From NCBI GenBank assembly GCA_965225945.1, contig CBDDBZ010000026.1, forward strand, positions 92,771 to 156,770: DNA of 64,000 bases. Reading direction: 5' to 3'. Every line of letters starts with the position of its first letter. The stretch's first letter is position 1. This DNA comes from Alphaproteobacteria bacterium. GTDB lineage: Bacteria > Pseudomonadota > Alphaproteobacteria > GCA-2731375. Below are positions 9,631-20,928 of this stretch, piece after piece. The notes beneath the pieces were generated by a model that was not told the origin of the DNA, searched no databases, and worked only from the letters and a program-made list of their open reading frames with translations. The position numbers were made by a program, and so were the translations under genes.

Positions 9631-10909
9631 GCGCCGCGAGGGACCCTAATTCACTGGAACCTCAGGAACCCCGGCCCTGGCGGGTCTGCTGGCGCCAGCG
9701 CTCGACCGCGTCGGCGACGAAGTCCTCATCCAGATCGTCGTTCTGCCAGGCGCTGGAGAAGACCCTGGCCGTCACCTGCGGGCGGCGTGCCTCCTCGACG
9801 TCGTCGAAGCGCACGCGCATGGCCACCCGCACGCCCTCGCCGACGACGATCGCCTCTTGACGCCGCAGCGCCGGCAGCTCGGCGGAGAGGCCGTGGGCGT
9901 TTTCCGGTAAGGCCGCATCGACGAATTTCTGATCGATCTCGTTCGACAGCCGGAAGGCGAAGATCGTGCCGCACTGCGAGAGGATGGTCGGATCGAGCTC
10001 GGAGGGACGCTGGCTCACCAGGCCCAGGCTGACGCCGTATTTTCGCCCCTCCTTGGCGATCCGCGAGATCGCCCGGCGGGTGGAATCGAAGCCTTCCCCG
10101 CGGCGATTGGGAACGTAGCGATGGGCCTCCTCGCAGATCAGCAGGATCGGCGGGGTGCGGGCATGATCGGACCAGAGGACGAAATCGAACACCATCCGGC
10201 AGAGCACCGAGACCACCACCTCGACGATCTCCGTGGGCACGCCCGAGAGGTCGAGAATGGTGAGCGGCTTGCCGGCGACGGGAATACGCAAGATCCGGGA
10301 GATCAGGCCCGGCAACTCGTCGCGCACCAGGAAGCCCGAGAACATGAAGTTGTAGCGGCGATCACGCTCCAGATGTTCCAACCGCTCGATCAGGCGGAGA
10401 TAGGGGGAGACGCCGGTCGGCCGATTGGGCCGGGTCATGGCGCGATCGATCAGGCGCGAGAGATCACCGGTTCGGTACGGCACCGGCGTGTCGACGGTGA
10501 TGTGGCTGACGTCCTTGTCCTGCCCGGCATAGTTGATCTTCGCCTCCAGGATGACGTCTTTCAGAATGGCAATCTGAATCTCTCGCTCGAAGGTCTCGGA
10601 GGGCGGCACCATGATGCCGACCATTTCCTCCAGGTTGAGCAGCCAGCACGGCAGGTGCAGCGCCGTGATGTCGACCGTCTCGCCGATGTCGGCGAGGGCG
10701 CCACCGTATTCCGCGTGCGGGTCGAGCAGCACGACGTGGCCGCCCTGGTGACTGGCCAGGATCGCGCGCAGCAGCAAGGCAACACCCGTCGACTTGCCGG
10801 AGCCGCTGGAGCCGAGGAAGGCGAAATGGCGCGACAGCAGATTGTCGATATCGGCGTAAGCCGGAAGCTCGGCATTCTGCACGATCGTGCCGATACGGAT
10901 TCTGTCCCC

Positions 10910-12360
10910 GGGGATGTCCCGGGCTCTGTTGAAAAGCTGAAGTAGGCGTCGTCCGCCTGGAGCCGCTAGGCTCTGGGTGCTGATTCCATCAAGGAGAACG
11001 ACGCCATGACCAAGACTACACGCAACGACCGTTCCTCGGAACCATCCTGTCGGCTCTTGCCATCGATGCCGGAGGCCTTCGACGATCTGCGCATGAGCGT
11101 CGATCGCTTCTGCCTTTTGGCGGGCCTCGAGTCTTTGAACGAGATGATGTCGGCGGACGCGGAAGCCTTGTGCGGTTCGCGCCACGCCCGCTCGGGCGAG
11201 CGCAAGGGCCATCGATGGGGCACGACCCGGAGCGAGATCGCCTACCACGGCGGCAAAGTGAAGGTCGAGCGCCCTCGGGTGCGGGACTTCGCGGGTCGGG
11301 AGATGAGCCTGCCGAGTTGGGAGCTGCTGTCGGAACCCGAACTCTTGCAAGCCTGGGCGATGAATCTGATGGTGATCAACGTCTCGACCCGCAAGTATGC
11401 CCGCGCGGTGCGCCTGCCGGACGATGCGGGCGGCGATCTGCCGGCGGCATCGGGTGACGCAACCTCGAAGTCGGCGGTCTCGCGCCGTTTCGTGGCGTTG
11501 ACGCGAAGCAAGCTGAAGGCCTGGCTGGCGAGCCCGCTCGACGATCTCGATCTCGTGGTGCTCCAGATCGACGGGCTCCATGTCGGCGATCACCTGATGG
11601 TGGCGGCGATCGGCATCGACACCGGCGGCGCGAAGCACGTGCTGGGCCTGGCCGAGGGCGCGACGGAGAACGCGGCCACGGTGCAAGCCATGCTCGACAA
11701 CCTGATCGAGCGCGGTCTCGATCCCGAACGGCCTCGGCTCTACATCGTCGACGGCGCCAAGGCGCTCTCGAAGGCGATCCGGCGGACCTTCGGGCGGGCG
11801 GCGGCCCTCCAGCGCTGCCAGGTGCACAAGGGGCGCAACATCACGGACCGGCTGGACGAGAGCCTCCATGCCGGCGTCAGGAAGGTCTTGCGGCAGGCCT
11901 GGCAGCAGGACGACGCGGCCAAGGCCGAACGGCTCTTGCGCAACCTCGCCCGCCGTCTGGAGCATGACGCACCCGGCGTCTCGGGCTCGATCCTGGAGGG
12001 CCTGGACGAGATCCTGACCGTGATCCGGCTCGGCCTCCCGCCGCAACTTCGACACTCGCTGGCTTGCACCAACGCCATCGAGAACGCGATCGGCACCGTC
12101 CGGACGGTGCAGCGGAACGTCAAGCGCTGGCGCAACGCCGAGATGGCGCTGCGTTGGACCGCCGCCGGCCTCTTGGAGGCGCAAAAGACCTTCCGCCGCC
12201 TCAAGGCCTACCGCCAGCTCCCCGTCCTTGACGCCGCCCTGCGGGAGGCGGTGAGAAAGGCCGGAGCAAAGTCCGTCATTGAAGACATCGAGGTGGCCGC
12301 GTAGCCTCTCGATCAGACGATGCCTATCTCGCACTTTTCAACATTGGGCGGGACATCGCC
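10910..12360 (+). mobile_element. IS256-family element (second type)
   Basis: TIRs GGGGATGTCCCGGGCTCTGTTGAAAAG / GGCGATGTCCCGCCCAATGTTGAAAAG; TSD CTGTCCCC at 10902 and 12361. Confidence 0.95.
11006..12304 (+). CDS. IS256 (Mutator-like) transposase
   Basis: VSTRKY, QIDG, IVDGAKAL, QRCQVHK, TNAIE. Confidence 0.93.
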   Translation: MTKTTRNDRSSEPSCRLLPSMPEAFDDLRMSVDRFCLLAGLESLNEMMSADAEALCGSRHARSGERKGHRWGTTRSEIAYHGGKVKVERPRVRDFAGREMSLPSWELLSEPELLQAWAMNLMVINVSTRKYARAVRLPDDAGGDLPAASGDATSKSAVSRRFVALTRSKLKAWLASPLDDLDLVVLQIDGLHVGDHLMVAAIGIDTGGAKHVLGLAEGATENAATVQAMLDNLIERGLDPERPRLYIVDGAKALSKAIRRTFGRAAALQRCQVHKGRNITDRLDESLHAGVRKVLRQAWQQDDAAKAERLLRNLARRLEHDAPGVSGSILEGLDEILTVIRLGLPPQLRHSLACTNAIENAIGTVRTVQRNVKRWRNAEMALRWTAAGLLEAQKTFRRLKAYRQLPVLDAALREAVRKAGAKSVIEDIEVAA

Positions 12361-12699
12361 CTGTCCCCGCCACCGCCCTCGTAGAGCGTGGCGACGTCCT
12401 CGTCTCCGCCCTGGTAGATCGGTGTGCCGATCGCCGGGTGCCGCGTGACGCCACGCTCGAAGACCCCATTCGCGTCCACTTCACCCAGAAGTTCGGCGTG
12501 GATCATCATCTGAGCGCGGCCGTCGTTGCCGATGATCGTCTCGATGTCGGAGGTGAGCGCAAACACCCGGGCCCCGTCGAGACCGGTCCTCATCATGTCG
12601 CCGATCGAGATCGTCGGCGCGTCGCGACCGTCGGTCGTGTCGACGGCGATCGTCAGCCGCGCGCCGGAGGCTGCAACAACGTTACCGATCGTGCTTTGA

Positions 12700-14039
12700 G
12701 CTTGTGTGGCGTGAGGTCTGGAAATTTGGCTTCGCCCCGCGCCGGGGTATACCCCGGCGCGGGGCGATCCGTCATTTTGGTTATCCATGAAAGCGTCCAA
12801 ACAAACATGGAGAACCAGTATGCGGAAAGACCAGGATAGCGCTGTCGAGGCTTTGGTGGAACAATTGATCGAAGGCGGTAGCGAGAACATGGCGACGGTC
12901 TTCGCCGGCCTTTTCAATCTCGCCATGCGGATCGAGCGGGAGAGGTTCTTGGGCGCCGGCCACTATGAGCGCACGCCCGAGCGGCGGGGATACGCCAACG
13001 GCACCAGACCCAAGAAGATCGACACCCCGGCCGGTACGGTGAGGCTCGAGGTTCCCAAGACCGCCGGTCATGAGGCGCCTTTTTACCCCCAAGCCCTGGA
13101 GCGCGGACGGCGCTCCTGCCGCGCTGTCATGCTGGCCGTGGCGGAGATGTATATCAAAGGCGTCTCCACCCGTGACGCCGAGGCGGTGATGCGCGAGTTC
13201 GGCCTGGAGAGCCTGTCGTCGAGCCAGGTCAGCCGCGCCGCCAAGCTCTTGGATGGGGAGCTGGATGCCTGGCGCAACCGGCCGCTGGGCGAGATCCGCT
13301 ACCTGCTCCTCGACGCGCGCTATGAGAAAGTCCGAGAGGGTGGCGTGGTGCGCGACGCCGCCGTGCTCTCGGTGATCGGCATCGGCCCCGACCAGCGCCG
13401 CCGGGTGCTCGGTGTTTCCTGTGCGCTCTCCGAGGCCGAAGTGCACTGGCGCGCCTTCCTGGAGACCCTGGTTGCCCGTGGCATGCGCGGTGTCGCCTAT
13501 ATCGTTTCCGATGATCATCCAGGCCTCGGCGCCGCGCGCAAGGCCGTCCTCGGCGGCGCCGTCTGGCAGCGCTGTCAGTACCATCTGGCTCAAAACGCCA
13601 TCCATCACGCCCCCAACCTCGCCATCCGAAAGGCCATCGGCAAGGAGCTGCGCCGGGTCTGGAACGCCGCCGACGGCAAGGCCGCCGAGGCCGAGCTGGG
13701 CCATCTGGTGGCGGCCTACCGCGATAGCGCCCCCAAGCTCGCCGATTGGCTGGAGACGGCGATCCCCGAGGGCCTCGCCGTCTTCGCCCTGCCCGAGCGC
13801 CACCAAAAGCGCATGCGAACCTCGAACCCCATGGAGCGATCCATCCAGCAGGAGATCAAGCGCCGCACCGTAAAGGTCAGGGTCTTTCCCAACGAGGCCT
13901 CGCTCGAACGTCTGGTCACCGCCATCCTCGTCGAAATCGACGAGAAATGGGAAACCACCGAAAAACCCTACATCACTTGGAAAGCAGAGGATGACTGATC
14001 AACGGCGTTCCGAATTTCCACACATCAGGTTGCTCAATC
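12700..14039 (+). mobile_element. IS256-family element
   Basis: Imperfect 27-bp TIRs ending TGGAAATT; TSD TGCTTTGA at 12692 and 14040. Confidence 0.95.
12787..13998 (+). CDS. IS256 transposase
   Basis: EMYIKGVSTR, LDARYEKVR, SDDHPGL, WQRCQYH, TSNPMER, VFPNEAS. Confidence 0.95.
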   Translation: MKASKQTWRTSMRKDQDSAVEALVEQLIEGGSENMATVFAGLFNLAMRIERERFLGAGHYERTPERRGYANGTRPKKIDTPAGTVRLEVPKTAGHEAPFYPQALERGRRSCRAVMLAVAEMYIKGVSTRDAEAVMREFGLESLSSSQVSRAAKLLDGELDAWRNRPLGEIRYLLLDARYEKVREGGVVRDAAVLSVIGIGPDQRRRVLGVSCALSEAEVHWRAFLETLVARGMRGVAYIVSDDHPGLGAARKAVLGGAVWQRCQYHLAQNAIHHAPNLAIRKAIGKELRRVWNAADGKAAEAELGHLVAAYRDSAPKLADWLETAIPEGLAVFALPERHQKRMRTSNPMERSIQQEIKRRTVKVRVFPNEASLERLVTAILVEIDEKWETTEKPYITWKAEDD

Positions 14040-14168
14040 TGCTTTGACCGTCGGTCATGGAAGGCTCGCGTCCGCCGCGACTGTTCACGTCTCAAGGTGA
14101 CAAACTATACCGGATGGCACCGGCTTCACAACCGAGTAACGCCTTTGGCCATAAACCCCGAGCGCCCC

Positions 14169-14234
14169 GCGTCCAGCGCATGGCTGGCGCGCGTCCAGCG
14201 CATGGCTGGCGCGCGCCCGGCGCATGGCTGGCGC
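14169..14234. repeat. 22-bp tandem repeat x3
   Basis: GCGTCCAGCGCATGGCTGGCGC twice plus one variant copy. Confidence 0.85.
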
Positions 14235-14335
14235 GCAGCCGTGAGTGATCCTGGTCACTTTCCATAACACTTTATCAATCTCATATCTTTACCATGGCGG
14301 ATTGGTTCCGTCATTGAGCAACGAAGGAGGAAGTC

Positions 14336-14635
14336 ATGTTGCGAACATTCGGTATCATCGCGGCGGTCTTCACGACCTTCGCGATTGCGACGCCGACGCT
14401 GGCGCAGACCATTTGTGGCGAAAGAACCCGCTTCATCGAGCGCTTGGATCAGCGATACCGGGAAGCTCCGGCGGCGCTCGGCATGATCGACAACGGCAGT
14501 GTCCTGGAGCTGCTCACCTCTTCGAACGGTACCTGGACGATCCTGGTGACGGCGCCGAACGGCAAGACCTGCATGGTGGCCAGCGGCGAGAACTGGGAAA
14601 CCTTGCCGAAGTTGGCGAGGGGCCCGGCCGCCTGA
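14336..14635 (+). CDS. Small secreted hypothetical protein
   Basis: GGAGG RBS, signal peptide ending TLA-Q, two Cys, WTILVT.PNG..C. Confidence 0.8.
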   Translation: MLRTFGIIAAVFTTFAIATPTLAQTICGERTRFIERLDQRYREAPAALGMIDNGSVLELLTSSNGTWTILVTAPNGKTCMVASGENWETLPKLARGPAA

Positions 14636-14814
14636 GCGATACCGCTCGCGGCGATCGGTAGCCCGACAGCGCGTCGTCGTCGATCCCCACGGCGACGCCC
14701 GAGGCGTTCGCGCTGGCCTCGGTTTCCTTTTTCCAGGATTAATTCGGCCAAATCCACCTTCGAGGCGGCTCGGCGGGCGGATTTGCTGTTTTTGTTCGAC
14801 AAAGACCTGAAACC

Positions 14815-14975
14815 GCGGCCCCAGGGCGACTTGAGGGCGAGAGTTGCCCATGGACCCTGGTGAGGGGAACCGCCGGCGGAACGGTGAGGGTATCCGGAGC
14901 GACCCGTAATCCGACGGCAGCCCTAGGCAAGGTTCCGGCCCGACGAACCGGAGTCGCTCGGCAGGCGTCCACATC
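14815..14975 (+). ncRNA. Candidate structured small RNA (family unassigned; strand inferred)
   Basis: Nested helices CCAGGG/CCCTGG, GGGCGA/TTGCCC, and GAGCGAC/GTCGCTC closing three hairpins, between convergent genes. Confidence 0.45.
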
Positions 14976-15016
14976 CGGGCGAGGAGGCCGGCCTCGGAGA
15001 CTTTCAAATCAGCCTC

Positions 15017-15873
<857 letters not shown>

Positions 15874-15877
<4 letters not shown>

Positions 15878-16296
15878 GGCATGAGCCCGCGCTTGTGCTC
15901 CGTGACCTGGACCTGGGCCGGGCGGAAGCCCGCCTTCAGCACCGGGATCGCCTTGAAGGGGTCGCACTCGCCGCAGACGAAGACATCGAGCGCGGCATAG
16001 CCGATCTCGGGCCAGGTGTGGATGCTCAAATGCGATTCCGCCAACACCGCAACGCCGGAGACACCGTCGTTCTCGCTGAATTGGTGCAGTTCGATTCTGA
16101 CGATGGTCGCCCCCATCGCCTCGACCGAGAGCCTCAGCGTCGCCTCGACATGGGCCAGATCGTCCAGCCGCTCCGCCCGCCAGAAATCGATCAGCAGATG
16201 GGCACCGGCGTAACACAAGCCGTCCTTGTGAACGAGGTGCGAGGTCGCCGGATCGACGCGGCTGCCCGGAACGAGGTTGAGCGCTCTCTTGGTCAT
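15874..16296 (-). CDS. speD: S-adenosylmethionine decarboxylase proenzyme
   Basis: GVAVLAESHLSIHTWPE..ALDVFVCG; ATGA overlap with speE. Confidence 0.93.
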
Positions 16297-16513
16297 CACC
16301 GGACCCCCCATGGTGGCGAAACGACGATTGAGCCCACAGGCCAGGTTCGGTTGCCGCCGGTCGTTGTCTGGGGCAAACGAGGGCGCGATAGTTGACGGAA
16401 TCGGCCTCGACAATCAAGCGGAAAAATTGCCAAAAAACACGACGCCTCGGGCGCGCAGGATCCGCGTCGCCGCGCAAGCCCTCCGCCCCGGCGCCCGAGC
16501 CGGCCGGGCACCG

Positions 16514-16891
16514 CTAGAGCTGTTTTACCAATTGCGGTTTTCGTCGTTCGAGGACCGCCAGCGCCGCCTCCAACGAGGGCATGGCGTCGAGCATCCGCTC
16601 GCCGACGCTAATCTGGTAACGCTCGTCTCGGCGCCCGGCGCCTGGCCGCTTGGCGAGGCGGAAGATCGGCATCGCCGAGGCATTGCCGTAGACGGCGAAG
16701 ACGGCGCCCGTCTCGTCGCCGCTGATGGCGTAGTCGCGCCATTCGCCGGCCATCACCTTGCGGCTATATAGCTGTAAGATCTTGTGCAGTTCGCGGCGGT
16801 CGAAGAAACCCGCCTCCCCCTGGAAGGGCCTGCCGCCGGGACGGGGTGAATCCCGACGACGCACCCGCTCGAACGTTAGTACGTCACCCAT
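16514..16891 (-). CDS. DUF2794 family protein
   Basis: FDRREL..IL.LY.R.V.AGEWRDYAI. Confidence 0.85.
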   Translation of the reverse strand: MGDVLTFERVRRRDSPRPGGRPFQGEAGFFDRRELHKILQLYSRKVMAGEWRDYAISGDETGAVFAVYGNASAMPIFRLAKRPGAGRRDERYQISVGERMLDAMPSLEAALAVLERRKPQLVKQL

Positions 16892-17216
16892 GGTGCTTGG
16901 TACGTCCCTCGCTTTCCCTCGAGCTTCATTCGCATCGTCGCCCTACTCGTCGTCGCCTAGTCGATTTCGCCGCCCCGGACGGGGCGCGATCCGGCGGCCT
17001 CGCAGATCGCCGAGGCGGTAGCATTCTGTCACGCGTCTCGGGCGCCCGACAAGCCTAAATCGGCGCGCGCCTTCGAGCGGATGCGACGGCATCGAAACGA
17101 ATCCGAACTCCATGTCGTCCTCCCTCGACATTATAGGCCCGGGGTCGTGGCGCGCCCGTCGCCCGGATCGTGGGCTGAGGCCCACGCCCAGTGTAAAACG
17201 CTCTCGGATTCGAAAA

Positions 17217-17513
17217 CTACTCGACGCCCTCGATCAGGTAGCCGTTGCCGGTCGAGGCCGCGAGGCGCAGCGCCAAGGGGCCGGCATAGTCCTCGGAAGT
17301 GTACCAGGCCTTGGCCACCTCGTAGCTCGGGAAGCGGAGGATGACGTTCACGGACTTGGGCGCCTCGCCCTCCACGCACTCGAGGCGGCTACCGCGAGCG
17401 ATCACTTCGCCGCCATATTTCGCCACCGTCGGACCGACGACGCCGCGGTAGGCTTGAAACTTCTCGGCGTCGTGAATGTCCAGCGTCACGACGAAATAAC
17501 CTGGGGCCGCCAT
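17217..17513 (-). CDS. DUF1330 family protein
   Basis: YGG..IARG...EG, FPSYE.A.AWY.S.DY. Confidence 0.9.
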   Translation of the reverse strand: MAAPGYFVVTLDIHDAEKFQAYRGVVGPTVAKYGGEVIARGSRLECVEGEAPKSVNVILRFPSYEVAKAWYTSEDYAGPLALRLAASTGNGYLIEGVE

Positions 17514-17554
17514 GGGGTCACTCCTTCTTTGAAATTCGTCTCTCGGCAAGGATT

Positions 17555-19681
17555 CTACGCGTCCTCGCCCTCGCCCTCCGGCGCCTGGCTGAAGTGGGCC
17601 CAGGTCTCGCGGCCGCCACGATTGTTGATGACGTTGATCAGCGCCGCCACCGGTCTGGGATCGAAGCGCAGGCCGCTCTCGGCCATGAACTCGGCCGCCG
17701 CTTCGTCGAAGCCGAGCGCGTCGCGCCAGGCCCTCGGGCTCACCATCCCGACGAAGGCGTTGGCGACGGCGATGAGGCGGGCGCCGATCTCGATCGCCTC
17801 GCCGTCGATCCCGTCCGGATAGCCGCCGCCGTCCCAGCGCTCCTGCAGATGGCGCAGCGTCGGCGCGATCGGCAGGTCGAAGTCGACCGCCTCCACCATG
17901 TCGGCGCAGCCGAGCAGGCTCTGGCGCACCTGCTCCGCCTCTTCCTCGCTCAACGCCCCGGTCTTGGTCAGGATCTCGGGCGGCACCAGGATCTTGCCGA
18001 GGTTCATCAGGTTGCCGGCGATGTCGACGGTGCGCCGCGTGTCGTCCGGCTCGCCCATCTCGTCGGCGACGGCGGCCGAGACCTCGGCGACCCGTTGCGA
18101 CTGGTCGGCGGAATAGGGATCGCGCCGGTCCACCAGGCTCACCAGGGTCCCCACCAGGGCCCGCATGGTGTGTTCGCGCCGTTCGCGCTCCCGCACCACG
18201 TCGGTGAGGTCCTGGACGATCATCAGCACGCCCTCGGGATGGTCGCGATCGGCGCGGAGCGGGATGTGATCGCTCATCACCGTGCGCCAGGTCCCGTCCT
18301 CGAACTCGAACTGGTGCACCCGGTTCATCGATTCCGACGTATTCAGCACCTGCTCGTTGATCTCCTGGTAGACCTTGGCGCGGATCGGGCCGATCACGCT
18401 TCCCATGGTCTTGTCCAGCATCTCGCCATGCGTGATCCCGGTGCCTTCGGCCGCCTTTTCGTTGGCGAAGAAATAGCGCCCCTCCCGGGTCACCGCGCTC
18501 ACCGCCGTCGGCTGGCCGTCACTCACCACGCGAAGGAACTTGGAGAAATTCTCCAGCCGTTCGTTGGCGATGCGGTAGCGTCGGGCCGCCTGGGCGGCGC
18601 GGACCGAGGTGCCGTGACGCCAGACCGCGACGATGGCGATCGCGACGCCGACGATCACCAGGATGAAGACGGTGAGCAGGGTGGTACGCCGCCGGTCGGT
18701 CTCGGCCAGCGCTTCCGCGCGGTCGATCTTGCGCACCAGGAACCAGGGGGCTTCCGCGATTGAGCGGCCGGTGACCAGCACTTCCGTGGTCTTGTAGTCG
18801 CGGCGGCGCTCGGCGAAGCCGCCCGGCTTCTCCATGACGAAGCCGGCGGCCAGCTCCGCCGTGTCGAGTGCCAGGCGCCGCTTCAACGGCGCCGTGCCGT
18901 CGGCCAAGGGCGAGAGATATTCGACCGTCGCCTCGACCTTGCGCACCAGGTAGCTTTCGGCCGTCGCCGCCGTCTCGCCCGGCTGTTTCAGGCGATCGAA
19001 GAGTTCCTCGTCGACGAGGCGGACGCCGATGACGAAGCCGATGCCGTCGCTGCCGCCGGCATCCGCCTGGACACCGTAGACCGGCGCCACGAAGCCGATG
19101 GTGGGCGCGCCGCCGGCGCCCGCGAAAATATCGATCAGGGCCGGCGCGCCCTCCGCCGCCTGGTTCATCGCCCGGCGAATCCGCGCGGTGAGGGGGGGCG
19201 CCGCCTGGCTCGCGGCGACCAGATTGCCCTCGGCGTCGGCCAGCGCGATTCCCGCCTGGCCCGTCGGCTCGATGTTGGCGTTGACCGTCGGCTCCGGCTG
19301 CGCCGGCAGGAAGCCGTCGCGCGCCGCCGTGGCGTCCAGCAGGTTGCGGAGATAGCCGAGCGCCGCCCGCGCATCCGCGCCCTGGCCCTCGCCCAGCGTG
19401 AGCTCGGTCATATAGAGCTGGAGCGAGGCGTTCTCGGCCAGGCTCTCCATGGTGAGGAACTGCTCGTCGAGCCAGCGCGAGACCTCGCGCGCGCGGCTGT
19501 CGGCGACGATGGCGAGGCGGATCTGCCATTGCTGCAGGTCGCGCTCGGCCTCGCCCTCGATGAAGGCGAAGACGATCCAGATGCCGGCGACGACGGCGAG
19601 CGCGAGGGCGCCCCCGGCAGCGATGATGATGCTCCGCGTGCGCCGGCCGGCGCCTTCTTCCTCGACGCTATCGTTGCTCAT
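17555..19681 (-). CDS. Membrane Cache-PAS-HD-GYP protein with degenerate HD motif
   Basis: Two TM segments, periplasmic sensor, PAS-like region, RDPYS..RV, LMNLGKI, ERWDGGGYPDG. Confidence 0.85.
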   Translation of the reverse strand: MSNDSVEEEGAGRRTRSIIIAAGGALALAVVAGIWIVFAFIEGEAERDLQQWQIRLAIVADSRAREVSRWLDEQFLTMESLAENASLQLYMTELTLGEGQGADARAALGYLRNLLDATAARDGFLPAQPEPTVNANIEPTGQAGIALADAEGNLVAASQAAPPLTARIRRAMNQAAEGAPALIDIFAGAGGAPTIGFVAPVYGVQADAGGSDGIGFVIGVRLVDEELFDRLKQPGETAATAESYLVRKVEATVEYLSPLADGTAPLKRRLALDTAELAAGFVMEKPGGFAERRRDYKTTEVLVTGRSIAEAPWFLVRKIDRAEALAETDRRRTTLLTVFILVIVGVAIAIVAVWRHGTSVRAAQAARRYRIANERLENFSKFLRVVSDGQPTAVSAVTREGRYFFANEKAAEGTGITHGEMLDKTMGSVIGPIRAKVYQEINEQVLNTSESMNRVHQFEFEDGTWRTVMSDHIPLRADRDHPEGVLMIVQDLTDVVRERERREHTMRALVGTLVSLVDRRDPYSADQSQRVAEVSAAVADEMGEPDDTRRTVDIAGNLMNLGKILVPPEILTKTGALSEEEAEQVRQSLLGCADMVEAVDFDLPIAPTLRHLQERWDGGGYPDGIDGEAIEIGARLIAVANAFVGMVSPRAWRDALGFDEAAAEFMAESGLRFDPRPVAALINVINNRGGRETWAHFSQAPEGEGEDA

Positions 19682-19898
19682 CGCCGCCCCCGAACCGCCG
19701 CCGCCGAAGTATAGGCAGGGGCCCACACCCAGGCAAACCCACGGGACCGCCACGCGGGGCCGCGATGGCTCGCGCCCCGGGGCCGCATTTTCGCGGTTTC
19801 GAAACGGTTGAAAAGCACAGGCGACGCGAAGCGAAGGACGTTTTCACGGGGAACAAAATAGCCTGTTCAAACGCGGCGGGTGGCAAACACGCCCAGAT

Positions 19899-20732
19899 TC
19901 ACACCTTGCGTGCCACGAAGTAGGTCGTTTGCCCGACTTGGCGGCGCTTGGCGTCGTATTCGGCCAAATAGGGCTGGAGGTCGCCCAGGGTGCGGAGTTC
20001 GCGGATCTTGGCTTCGGCCGCGGCAATTTCTTGCTCCGGCGCCAGCGCCCAACTGGAGTCGGCGCCGCGCCACGCCGGCTTCAACGGCCCTTCGGCGTCG
20101 AAATAGCTCGCGCCCTGCAAGACGCCGTCCAACGGCACGAACCGGCCCGTCATGGCGAAGCCGGCATCGTTCAGCATCGCCTCCAGCCGGTCCGCCGAAA
20201 TGCAACGGTGATGGAGGGCGGCAAGCGCCGTCGGAATCAGGTGCAGGTACCAGAAACCGTGGCGAAGCTGTTCGTGGCTGGTGCAGTTGACGATGACGAG
20301 ACCGCCGAAACGAAGCACACGGTGCGCTTCGCCGAGGGCTCTCAGGTGACCACCAAAATCGCCGTCCTCGCCCGCTTCCAGATGATGAAGCACCTGGTTG
20401 AACATCACCGCATCGAAGCATGCCGCCTCGAAAGGCATATCCTCGACACTGCCATGATGGAAGGCAATGCGAGCCTCGGCGGTGCTGTCCGCGAGCTTCT
20501 TACGTGCCACCGCGAGCATCTCGGGATTGATGTCCATGGCGTCGATGTGGCCGACATGCGGCAGGACCAACTCCGAATAGGCCCCGGTACCGCAGCCGGC
20601 ATCGAGCAGCCGGAGTTCGGGGCTTGGTCGGCCCGAAAGTGCCAGCGCGCCGGTGAGAATCTCGCCGCCGATGGGCACGCGTGTCTTGTCGTAATTTTTC
20701 GATATCTCGGAATAGTTCTCGTAGGTGCTCAT
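19899..20732 (-). CDS. Class I SAM-dependent methyltransferase
   Basis: LLDAGCGTG, FDAVMFNQVLHHL. Confidence 0.9.
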   Translation of the reverse strand: MSTYENYSEISKNYDKTRVPIGGEILTGALALSGRPSPELRLLDAGCGTGAYSELVLPHVGHIDAMDINPEMLAVARKKLADSTAEARIAFHHGSVEDMPFEAACFDAVMFNQVLHHLEAGEDGDFGGHLRALGEAHRVLRFGGLVIVNCTSHEQLRHGFWYLHLIPTALAALHHRCISADRLEAMLNDAGFAMTGRFVPLDGVLQGASYFDAEGPLKPAWRGADSSWALAPEQEIAAAEAKIRELRTLGDLQPYLAEYDAKRRQVGQTTYFVARKV

Positions 20733-20928
20733 GGTGACCACTTTGCCCGGGTCCAGGGACTTGTCAATGACGCGCGAAGCGCGCCGGGCTTTGCCCGCTC
20801 GAAGATCATTGACGAGGCCCTGGACCCGGGCGACTCCTCCACCATGAGAGGTAAGGGCGAAACCAAGCGCCTTCCGGTCCACGCAAATCCGCGAAGAACC
20901 AAAAAAAGCGCGGCCGGCGAGGCGCCAT

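Larger units (their letters stand above)
9662..14058 (-). pseudogene. HerA/DUF87 ATPase interrupted by two IS256 elements
   Basis: Removing both IS plus one TSD each restores a 529-aa ORF MTDGQSTIG..GSSGSGKS..DPHAEY..EEAHRY..KEGRKYG..SQRPSE. Confidence 0.9.

Noticed and set aside
9662-12334. 890-aa ORF as a real protein
   Set aside because: It is IS256 antisense fused to the herA 3' part
1-14039. Composite transposon or inversion between the inverted IS256 copies
   Set aside because: The 12700 copy keeps its own matching TSDs, indicating independent insertion
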